Positions 23,201-35,200 of a DNA stretch of 38,169 nt are shown piece after piece. The stretch comes from Catajapyx aquilonaris. Taxonomy: Eukaryota. The first letter of the stretch is position 1, and every line of letters starts with the position of its first letter. The translations under genes were made by a program, and so were the position numbers. The DNA lies in the NCBI GenBank assembly GCA_000934665.2, contig KZ538970.1, positions 1 to 38,169 of the forward strand, read 5' to 3'. Below the pieces are notes generated by a model. That model did not search any database, was not told where the DNA came from, and worked only from the letters and a program-made list of their open reading frames with translations.

Positions 23201-26200
23201 GGGGTGTGGGGGGGCGGAGTCATGATGATAAAACACATTGTATATAGTCACACGCACGATGTGTCCGAATTATTGGCTCAAAATCATGAGAAAAAGGCAA
23301 TGCCATTAACCTTTCAAAGTGTTTTGAACGATTGCGCCAGTCTGTGACGTCAGGCACAGCCCACCACTTCTTGCTCTCACGCATCTCACTCCTGTCTCAC
23401 TCATTGCATTACTTCGGTTCGTTCTTCTGCTGCTTCGGAAAATGTCGCTAGCAGTATGCCTCAATTAATGTCCAACACTGTAGAATTCATGTTACTTGTA
23501 TAAATGATGAAAAAACATGTAGCAAGATTGTTCAATTCATTCTCGTTGAATAAGAAATGTTTTTCACGGGTCACAATGTTTTGGCATATTTTGTCTGCAA
23601 GCTAACATGGCAAACATTAGTTTTTTGGTGGCATCAGTACTATTCTCTCTCTGAAGGGACTGTATATGTGATAAAAGTATTATGCTAAGCAAAAGATATA
23701 GATAACTGGTTCCTGAGAGATCAAAGGGTTCACTGGAATCATGGAGATGTTGATAGTAGAGTTTTGACACATCACATCTGGAGGCCAGTTACACATCATG
23801 GTTAGTTGCCCCAGCTTTTCCAATATATCAGTCCAAACCTGCAATCAGCTACCAGGATTTTTATGCTTGATGTAGTAGGCCTATCTCCTACAAAGTATTT
23901 AATTTTTGAGGTTTCGCAGAGTGTGCAATGTCCTGTGTCATATTCATGAGTGTCATTGGACTGCAAAGAGTACTTCTGTCCTGTAGAATGACTTGGTGGT
24001 GGACTTGTTTATGGACGAGGATTCTGGTCTACGGGCACCGAAACCACAGCCAAGAAAGATGGTTCGAGTGGGATCTAGCACAAAGCCGCCACCTGCTGCT
24101 TCAAAGCAACACAAGAAATCTGTAAGTTGGTCACCTCCTTCTCCATTTAATCTGCATTTATATGCAGCTGAGAACAGGATTGTCTTTGTTGCAGGTGGGG
24201 TCACAATTTCGTGAGTCCCTCAATCTGCTGATGACCACACTAAATTCAACCACTCCTCATTATGTAAGGTGCATCAAACCAAATGATGACAAGAAGTCAT
24301 TTGAATTTGATCCAAAGAGAGCTGTCCAGCAGCTGAGGGCCTGCGGAGTACTTGAAACCATCCGTATTAGCGCTGCAGGATATCCCTCTAGGTATGTGTT
24401 TTGTGTTCATAGTTCCAAAACGATTTATGCTGATAATATTTCTGTGCAGGTGGACATACCAAGATTTCTTCCTGAGATATCGAGTGCTTTGTGGGTCAAA
24501 GGACGTGAAGAGGAATGACATGCGTACTACCTCAGAGAGAATCTTAAACAAAGTCATAAAAGTATGTGTGACTCTCATTCTTTGAAAGGCCCCCACAAAT
24601 TTACCCTTTCAATTGCTTCAGGGAAGGGGAAGATGGGCCATGAAGTGGAATAGGATGCATGGAGGAGGGTTTTAGCAGGGTTTGCCAGGGGAAAATCAGG
24701 TGGGGGGGGGGGGGAAATGACTTGTCAGGCAGGCTGTGCAACCCCTTTTTCATTCCTGCCAATGCAGTAGGGAAATCAATCTATAAGTAAATGCAACCAA
24801 TGCAATCTGCCATGACACAGTGTGGTCAAACGCGTGAATGATTGGACAATGGCTCCCACTCCATGCGTATTTGTCAGGATGTGGTCACGACTTTCCTTAG
24901 ATTTGTAAGACAAAAAGTAGGGAATTTCACTTTGAATGACACACCAAACGAAGGACTAGATTCACCAGTTATTTTTTATTTTTATCTTTTATTTTTACCC
25001 CATTGGGAGAATTGGTGCTCCATTAGGGGGGTGGTACACCACCGTTGTACCAGTCAGTTTTCTGTAATTTTTCTTCACACACGGTGCAAGGGAGAATGGG
25101 ACATGGGGGAAGGGAATAGGGATTTTTGTGGAGGGGACACAGGTGCAAGTGCAGTGTCTCAAACTGAGTCATGTGCAGTCCCCCAGGAGGTCAGGTTGCC
25201 AAGACGCCTCCAAGGCGTGGGTCAGAGACCCAACTGACGCTGCCAAAAGGGAAATCTCAGGTGGGGATCAAACCTGGGACCTTTCGATCAGCAAGCCGTG
25301 CTATTACCAGTTCGGTCACCGCACCTTCCCAGATTCCCCAGTTATAGATTCACTTTGTGTTAAGTGCATATTATTTTGTCAGGGTAGCAATATGCTACCC
25401 TGACAAATGTGACCTCCTTTTACAAATATGTGGACTCATGTGGACTTGAAACGAAGTGAGTCTATAACTATCAGTGGGGCTTAACGTCGGCCTCTTTCTA
25501 CTGCTAAGGCTAAACACCGTAGCCTGGGGGTGGTACTCCTCCTGGGGATTTGGCCACTCTGGGGATGTTTAACGTGCCCTCGCACAATGTCACAAGCACA
25601 CGGCACCGACGGCTTTACTTCCCCTCCGAAAGCACGCACTCACTCACTTTTCTCTCACTTTCTACCACCCGGAGAAAAGTCACAGACCTCGGCTGGGTTC
25701 AAACCCACAACTTTGGGACTAGAGGCGAGCGTGCTAACCACCAGACCACCAGCGCCGTTTGTGAGTCTATAACTGTGGAGTCTAGTCTTTCGTCTAATGT
25801 GTGATTCGAAGTGAAATTTTCTGTAATCCGCAACTTTTCGTCTTTAAAATGAGAGAAATGTTTTGACATATGCGCGTAATGGAAGCCGTAACAAAAGAAC
25901 GACTGGCACCAGCATTTCAAGGTCATATTCAAATTGCTGCATGAGAGTAAGTACAGTAGTACTTCGCCAGAAGTATTTTCTGCGCAGCTTGAAATCTGGA
26001 TGGGCTTGAATTTGGAAATGCGGTGTGACCTTTCTTCCAGGACCATTCGAAGCCGATTGAACAGACTCAAAGAGGTGGCAGGCGAACACTCGACTTGAGT
26101 ACCTGCCTTGTATAAAACCCATCTCAATTGAACCTGGGTGGTTCCATTTCAGATCAGCCAGTGAGTGAAAAAAGGTGTCAGGTCATAGTCATCGATTTTT

Positions 26201-29200
26201 TTTGAAAAATATATATGTGAAACCCACATCGAATTGAACTCTTATGGAACAATGAGTTTTACCATATTAAATTTAGTTATCGAGATATAAATATTTCTTT
26301 GAAGGGGTACCAAAATCACAAGCACGCGAAGACGCACTTTTTCCCGCTTCTTCCATTGCTTTCAATGAGTATATCTCGGGAACTGTTCTGAGAACCAACA
26401 TGAAATTTTTAACTCATGCTTTTGGAATAACACGCTGTTATGTAATGCATAAATTTACCTTATTTAATGGTACAGTCACCTGCAAAAAAATCTCCAACAT
26501 TGCATATTTTGGTCAAAATTCGCATATTTCGCAATTTATTGCGGCGTTATGGTAAACGTGACGGTTGTGCCGATTATATTTTGTGATATACTCGGTGACC
26601 CCCTCCAGGCTATGAAATAAAAACCTTTGTTAGCTCCGCGTGTAGTTGAGATATGCGAGGTGAAAATATGGCAACAAGCGAAAACATGCATATTTCAAAA
26701 ATTATTTTCTCAAAAAAGCCATTTTTAATTTTTTATTTTTATTTTTTTATTTCGCTAGGAAAGGCATGGTATAAAATGTTGTTGCATAGAAACAAAAATC
26801 GCCCCTGTGAGAAAAATTCGTATCTCACTGAATACAAATATATACCGAATTTTGATATAATTTTATAATCGAACTCATGCTACTTTGGTATACAAAAAAT
26901 AACGATTAAATTTTCAAAATGGCTTCTTCGAGAAAATATTTATTTTAAGTGTGCATATTGTAGTACAATTTCGAATGTTGTTACTTTACAAAAATTTATA
27001 TCTCACGTATAAGAAATATATACCGGGTTTTGACACTACTTAATTTTATAACATGTCCGACCTTATAAAATAAAAAAATAAAAATAAAATATTTAAAATG
27101 GCTTCTTCGAGAAAATATTTATTTTAAAAAGTGGGCATATTGTAGCACAATTACAAAAGTTGTGGCTTTTCAAAAATTTATATCTCACGTATAAAAAATA
27201 TATGCGGGGTTTTGACACCAGGTAATTTTATACCATGCCTTTCCTTGTAAAATAAAAAATTAAAATAAAATATTAAAAATGGCTTTTTTGAGAAAATAAT
27301 TTTTGAAATATGCATGTTTTCGCTTGTTGCCATATTTTCACCTCGCATATCTCAACTACACGCGGAGCTAACGAAGGTTTTATTTCATAGCCTGGAGGGG
27401 GTCACCGAGTATATCACAAAATATAATCGGCACAACCGTCACGTTTACCATAACTCCGCAATAAATTGCGAAATATGCGAATTTTGACCAAAATATGCAA
27501 TGTTGGAGATTTTTTTTGCAGGTGACTGTACCATTAAATAAGGTAAATTTATGCATTACATAACAGTGTGTTATTCCAAAAGCATGAGTTAAAAATTTCA
27601 TGTTGGTTCTCAGAACAGTTCCCGAGATATACTCATTGAAAGCAATGGAAGAAGCGGGAAAAAGTGCGTCTTCGCGTGATTGTGATTTTGGTACCCCTTC
27701 AAAGAAATATATCTCGATAACTAAATTTAATATGGTAAAACTCATTGTTCCATAAGAGTTCAATTCGATGTGGGTTTCACATATATATTTTTCAAAAAAA
27801 TCGATGACTATGACCTGACACTTTTTTTCACTCACTGGCTGATCTGAAATGGAACCACCCACCTACCAAAGTGATTCTTATTATTGTTCAGACATTACTT
27901 TCTTACATTAGGGCAGATTTTACACAACTCTGCCAATTTGTTTTTTCCATTTTTGTCCAAGCAATTTCGCGTTTGGACACATTGTGCATTGCTGTAAAAC
28001 TTAAAATAAAATTTCATGGCAGTGTGAATTTGAGTAAAATGCGAATTCACACTTTTATGAACTCGTGCATGTGACAAATTAATGCCTGAAGCATAATAGG
28101 TGTTCTACTGATACCTTTACCTGAGTGATATCCTTTGGAAAATTTGCAAGTTGTCATACAACATTCTGATGATCATTATTATTATTCAGCTCGCTGAACA
28201 TCTTTTGCAATTCTTTGTCACTTTTTAGTAGGCACTTTATGCATCAAAAATCTTTGTTAATTGACAAATTAATTGGAAAAAGGTGATAACCCACAAAAGT
28301 GTAATGTTTCAGGAGAGCGAATTGAAGCACTCTTATCACAAATCATATGGAATGTGGGTTTTGATGTAGGCATGTAGCTGCTCCAAGGTGAATTGGCTGA
28401 TGCCCAGACCAGTAAGGGCGAAAGTCGCATGTAGATGTTGCACAGATCCGCACTCCTAGGGGGGAAGGGTGCACGCGACTTTCGCCCTTACTGGTCTCGG
28501 GCATCGGGCGATTCATCTTGAGGCAGCACATGAACGGTGACGCCATGTATGACATATTTTCGCACACGTCAAAATTTTCTCCTCAATAAAATTTTCCGCC
28601 TCCATTACATTCCCCCCCCCCCCCTCCCCCTAAAATCTGCCGCCCCAGGCACGTGTCTACTTGGCCTATTTGGTAATACGCCACTGACTTGACGAAGCTG
28701 TTTGTCATGTCTTTTACATAGATGCCAGGTGTTTAGGTCAAAAATGATCACCTTTTTCCACCACACCCCTCAGATGATCTGGTAGTATTGGAGTTATTCC
28801 CTGGCCATATACATTTGTTTTAAATGCCATTAAATTGCTTTTTCGTGCTTAGCAATGTTTAATAAAATGAATAAAAATGATTTTAATGCTCTTCACCTCA
28901 TAATTGGCTTGGCAGTTTGCAGGCAGACAATATGCTGTGGATTGTGATATTGATATGCAGGTGTAATTTTCTTCGTGGTTGCAGAAAGAAGACCAATACC
29001 AATTTGGAAAGACGAAGATTTTCATAAGGGCGGGACAAGTAGCTTACCTGGAAAAGTTGAGGTTTGACAAGCTACGTGCCTGTGGAATTATGATACAGAA
29101 GCATGTTCGAGGATGGCTTATTCGGACTCGCTACAGAAAGCTTCGAAAAGCTACCATCCACTTCCAGAGTGTGGCAAGGGGTTTTCTGGCACGAAGGTGA

Positions 29201-32200
29201 GTGGTCGTGGTTGATATACTAGGGCAGCTACATACAAGTAATGCTTCTTTTACAGAAAGGCACAGCATTTGCGAGAAACAAAGGCAGCCATTTGCATACA
29301 GAGACATGTGCGTGGGTTTGTCAAGCGCAAGCAGTATGTGGAGTTGCGCCAGTGCATCTTGGGGCTGCAGTCTCGCATCAGGGGCATGTGGGCTCGCCAG
29401 AGACATGTCAACATGGTCAAAAATTCCAAGGTAAGAAAAAAATGCACCTCCAAACAAGACTAATCTGATGACAAATCCTCCTTTCAGGCTGTCATCATTC
29501 AAAAGCATGTGCGAGGTTTCTTGGCAAGACGGCGCTTCCAGAAGAAAATGCGCCACATTATCATTATACAATCGTGCATGCGCCGGTGGTTGGCCCGAAG
29601 GGAACTCAAGCGGCTCAAGGTGGAAGCTCGCTCAGTGGAACATGTGAAGAAATTGAACAAAGGGCTTGAAAATAAAATTATATCACTGCAGCAAAAGATT
29701 GAAGAAATGGTAAGGCATGCAACTGTACTCACCTCCAGAATTGCACCTATATATACCTTACTCCACAGAACAAAGAAAACAACAACTTGAAAGGTGTTCA
29801 GAATGAATGCAACATTCTTCGAAGCAAGCTTGATGATCTGAAGCATGCAGAGGCAGAATTGAAGACCTCATCCAGCCAAGTAAAGCTGCTGGAAGAGGAA
29901 ATTCAGTCACTGAAGCAACGACTGACACACGAAACAGATGAGAAAATGGACTTGCTTCTTGAAAAAGAGAAGTTGGAAAAAGAGAAGCATGACTCAGAGA
30001 AAAAGTGGAAGGAGGAGAATATGAGTTTGCAAAATGAACTTCACAGCACACAGAAGGCCATTGCAATGCAGGAAGAAAAGTTGGAAGGTAAACATGTCTG
30101 ATCTTTTTCCTCGGACATTTCTGACACCATATTGTTTCAGAGGTTTTTAAAAAACGCTTGAATCAAGAAACACACCTACTGACTGCTGAGTATGACCAGG
30201 AGCGCATAGCATATCAGAAGCTGCTGAAAGACTACCATCGAATGGAGCAGAAAAATGAAAATTTGGGAGGAGAAGTGGCACGACTTAAGAGCAGTAGTTC
30301 CCATCAGCGCACTGCGTCAGATGTGAGCACAGTAAGTGCCACCAGTGAAGTTCCTAATGAGTTCACCAGGGAAGGGGAAACCATGGACAGCAGAATTGCT
30401 GCTTCTGATGTACCAGATGAGGTAAGTCAGTCAGTGCCCGAGTCCAAGATTGTGACCTTAGGCAATCATCTAAAGCGTGCGTTTTAAATTGTTCTTGTTA
30501 TTGCTTTGTTTGTCTTTATTTTGTCTGTATTAATTAATTAATTAAATAATTTGTCACAGGATGGTGGCTATGGATCTGTCCGGTCCAACTTAAGTGCAGT
30601 TTCAGCTGACAACAGAGGAAAATTGGAAGCAATTGATTGGGGTCACTCACCTGGTTCATCTGATGCTGGACAGACACCAATGAATCAAGTGAGTCCTACT
30701 AATAGTCACTCACAATGTATGTGTATTGATAATATTAAATGCATTTTTCTTGGCAGGTTGATGTAGGACTAGTTTTAAAACTGCAGCAAAAGTTAACTGA
30801 GGTGGAAAGGGAAAGGTCAAGACTGGAAAAACGCCTTGAAGAATTGGACGAGAGCCCTTTGGACGATCCTAGACGGGCTCGGGAATCCATTAGAGTAAGT
30901 GGCAAGGAATTTGTAAGTTTATTTTGGAGGTCCTGCTGTGGTGGAAACCAGAGGTGATTTGACCTTTCAACTACCACCTGCTTATTATAACACACCATTT
31001 AAAAAATTACTTTAATGTTTGATGGTCAAATAAGCCTTCTCAATGATGCCATCATGAAGTTCTGGGCTATACACATCTTGCATACAAGTTTGCTAAAATC
31101 TTATGTAATGTAATTTTTAATGTTGCCCTTGCAGTACTATTTCTAAAAAATGAGGAACAGAGGCAGTGAAGTTACCTTGCTTATTGATCTTGCTTAATGT
31201 TTTAGGACTAGTATCAGCAGAAGATAAATGTGTCATTCTTGCTACTAACGAGTTAGTTTCTTTAACAGCTGCAAGAGTTGGAGGTTGAAAATGCAAAAGT
31301 GAAAGCTGACTTGTGGAAATTACGAAAGTCTGTAGCTGAAGCAGACTCAAGCAGCAATTCCAAAGAGCTTTATGGTTTGTGTTGTTCAGCTTACTGTACA
31401 GAGAAATTATTTCCCATACTCTTCACATTATGCTCATACCTTATGTCTACAGATCAGTTTGTTATAGCCAAGGATGAATTAGAACGGAGGCGGGAAGAGT
31501 GCATCCAGCTGCGTGCTGTACTGGCTAATCAAACACAGGATTTTAAGGAGGTGGCTAAGAGCTACACAGCGAAGGATGTGGATATTATCAATGAGGATGG
31601 TGAGCTAATCATGGCATTTGAAACGCAGAAAAAAATAATTAGGTAAGTACCATATAGAGATAACTTCATGAGCAAAAAAGTGATTTCATTATTTTTGGAT
31701 CTTCTCAGGCAACTTGAGAAAGAGTTGCAAGTGGAAAAAGCCAAGTCAAAGGAGTTGGAGTGTGATTATAGGATGGAACTGGACAAGCTGAAAGAAGATA
31801 ATGAGCGTCAACAGAAACTGCTGTCTCTGAACTTGACTCCTCAATCTCAAACTGAAGCCTTCATGCAGCATGAGATTGCCAGGCTCACTGGGGAAAACCT
31901 GGTGAGGCTTTGTACTTTGAAAATTGTGTGTTATTTTGCTGACAATTTATTATCATTACAGGATTTGAGGGAAAAACTGGACAACCTGATGGAACAGTTG
32001 AAAAAATACAAGCGTCAACTGAAAATCTATGCTAAGAAGTTAAAAGAAGCTGGAGGTAAGCTTCTATTGTAACTGTGGAGCTAGTCGCTGTAAACTGAAT
32101 AGGCCCTGCTTTTGCATGGTGATCCAACCAATGGCATGCCACTTGTCACTATCCATAGAAACATTGCCTGACTAATTTTGGTGACTAATGACACTCCTGC

Positions 32201-35200
32201 AGATCAGAAAGTATGTGTCTCTTGGCCAGTCAAATCCCTGCATTGAGACCATTGAGATCCATCCTTTGGGTCAGAATGTAGTAGTATCATGCACATAGTT
32301 GTTGGGATTGCTCCTAATGAGTACAGCTGGTGAAGAAGTGCCATTGGATATAATCGGTCCCTTTTCACACTAACTTGTAGCAAAAGCAACATTGTCTGTA
32401 CTGGCAATTTTAGGTTGCTTGACCGATATCATATCTGGCAGGTACTGACTTGTGGTCAATTTCAGATTCAGTAAGGATTTAAAGCATGCAGAACTGGGAA
32501 GTCTTTGGTTGGGTTTGCCAGCAGGCTGGGAAGGGGAGCATGAATTTAGGATCCATACTTACCCAACCCAGTTTGAGTAACACCCTCCCATAAACCTAGG
32601 GAAACCTGTAATTTTGCAACAATGGTCAATTGATGGATGCTTCCCAAACAGCCCCCCGCAACTCCCAACCTATCCCTATGGTGATGGAAGTTTAATTAGA
32701 GCAGGGGTGGGAAAACTACGGCCCGCTGGCCGGTTCCGGCCTGCGAAGACAATTTCTGTGGCCCGTGCAAAAATTTCGGTATTCCTGAAAATGTTGAAAA
32801 ATTAAAATTGCAAAATTTTATGCCTGTGCCTCTCTTTTTAATTCTTTTAAATTCACAAAAATATTGTTTTTTATTTATGCAGGCCATTTTCATATATTTA
32901 GCTAATTTTATCAATTTTCAGAGAATTAATGATAATTTATGCAATTATTGGAAGTTCATTTAAAACGATGGATATATAATTGTAAACTTTTTTATAAGTT
33001 GAAATTTCTTTTGTTAGATGCGTTCCCAAATCAGCTGATACATGTTCCACTTATGCATGGTCCTATGCCTCATGTGAGGCTTAACCTGCACTTCATGAGT
33101 CATAATTCACAAATTGGCTTAAATATGGTGTGCCCCTTCATACCATCACTTGCCTGCCTCCATACTTCAAGTCCAGAGGAGCCCACCTGCTCACTTCAAT
33201 CTTTCACATAGGCCAAACCATGTGTGACTCCAAATACAGGGTGTTCCAAGCTTGTGGGTCATTTTTAGTTCTAGGAAATTTTGCTTGAAGCTGAAATGAT
33301 ATTTTGTAGCGTGTTGCACCCCTAATCAACTGCTAAATTCGACAACCTGGGAGTAATGGGGTACCTGGATTGTGGTGCAACTTTGCGACACAAAAATAAC
33401 TACTTTGGACGATATTAGTGATAACTAAAAACGACCCTTGAACTTGGAACCACCTGTATATGTGCACTCAACAGCTCTGTGAGTCAGTTGCAAAGAGCAA
33501 AATAGATTGGTTTTGAGGGGACAGTTGCAATATGTGAATGCAGTTCTGTTGCAGCATGCTTATGGTCAGGTAATCCAAAATTGGTGTTAATTAGAATCTG
33601 CCTTAATGGGTTTCAGGCAACACTGACATTGCGGTTAAGGCCATGGCCATACCACCTCTCAGGCTTGCTCTCAGGTCTCAAGTTCTCTGTTTGAAGTAGG
33701 CTCTGTCAGATTTGCATGAAACTTGCACAGTAGGTGTATCACAGGTGCCCACAAGTGCATTAGAACAACTCATCGGAAGGAAAGGTTTCGAGTGGTTTCT
33801 GGCAGATGGTTTTGGATAATGACTGCACGAAAGGATACAGCAGAGTCTCGAAGCAGCTACCCCCTCTGTTTTGTTCCTGATTTGCTTCGAAAGTTGTGGT
33901 TATTGCGTCATGTCGATAAGAGGCGTGCAACGTGGGTCCCATAAATGAAGGGAACCGTGCATTGGCATTATGGGTACAGGGTAAAGGTAATGCGGGACGG
34001 AAAAAAGCAAACATAAAATGAAACAATAATTTATTGGTCCTGAAGATGATTCGAACCCTCCCTGGAGCATTGCGCTGTTGGTTACCTTGTTGTGTACTAG
34101 CTGGGTGCCCCTGGAAACTGACAGCCCGCCTTCCTAGAGCTTCCCATCCCCTTACCTTACTCTCCTGAACGCACCCATGCGGATCTATTGTCCCTCATAG
34201 ATCGACAATGGCTGGCCGTAGCAGAAAATGGCCCATACCAGTGAAATTGTAGGCCTGTGAAACACCTACTGTGCACGTTTCATGCAAATCTGACAGAGCC
34301 CACTTCATGCCCCCCCCTTGTAAGTAGGTCACAGGTCTGCCCAGTACTTGCCTGTGCAGATGATCAGGCAAAATATTCAGGGACGGAGAGTGAGGATGTG
34401 AGCACTGGCGTCAATGGCACCATGTAAATGCTTAAACCTATGCAATCAAGGTTACATTCATTGGAACTTGCGAAGTCGAGGCAGCCGTCTTAATCCGTTC
34501 ACATAGTTCCGCCCTGTGGGCTTGTACAATCAGTCTCTGCCTGCAATAAATCTTATTGATAAGATTCGCAGGCAGAGGAAAACCAGTGATGTGGGAAAGT
34601 CTGCAACAGTTAGGCTATTTTCTCACGAGGCCACCATGGCAGCGCTGCCAGGCGACACCGCAAGAAAAGTTGCGTCTCATGTGAAAGGCTTCATATGATG
34701 CAATGGAAACATGTAGTTGCACTGCCAGCTGGCAGAGGCTGGCAGCGCCAAAAATCGCCTTGCTCGCCACCAGCATTTCTGGCGGCGTGTGGGCAGCGCT
34801 GCCAGCCACCACGTGTGAAAGGCTCCACTTGCAGCAATGCAAAGACCTGGCGGCGCTGCATGGGCAGCACTGCCATGGTGGCCCTGTGTGAAAGAGGCCT
34901 TATGCTGGTATGAATATGAATGAGAACTAAATTCTGGAACATGTGGTATCCTCTAAAACGCCTCATACGTATTTGTATCATGGGGCATCGTAGTAGTATT
35001 GTTTTGTTGTTATAATTAGGGCTTAATGGCAGTTGACTATATATCTTTGCTTGTCTCTCAGGCTTAGAAGCTACACCAGATGTGGCTGAAATCACCAAGG
35101 ATCGTGACCTGATGGCTGTTGTCCGGAAGAAAGAACGTGAATACATGGGCATGTTTGAATATAGGAAGGAGGATGAAATTAATTTGATTCGTAGCCTAAT

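Noticed and set aside
25382..25400. Resemblance to the EBV EBNA1 site GGGTAGCATATGCTACCC
   Set aside because: Has an extra base, is single copy and has no viral context; coincidence.
27380..27862. 160-aa ORF in the foldback
   Set aside because: No transposase motifs, and the mirror arm differs by a 4-bp indel that breaks the frame.
30689..30722. Alternative downstream donor extending the exon (VSPTNSHSQ)
   Set aside because: Phase 1 is incompatible with the phase 0 acceptor at 30757 and would leave only a 40-nt intron.
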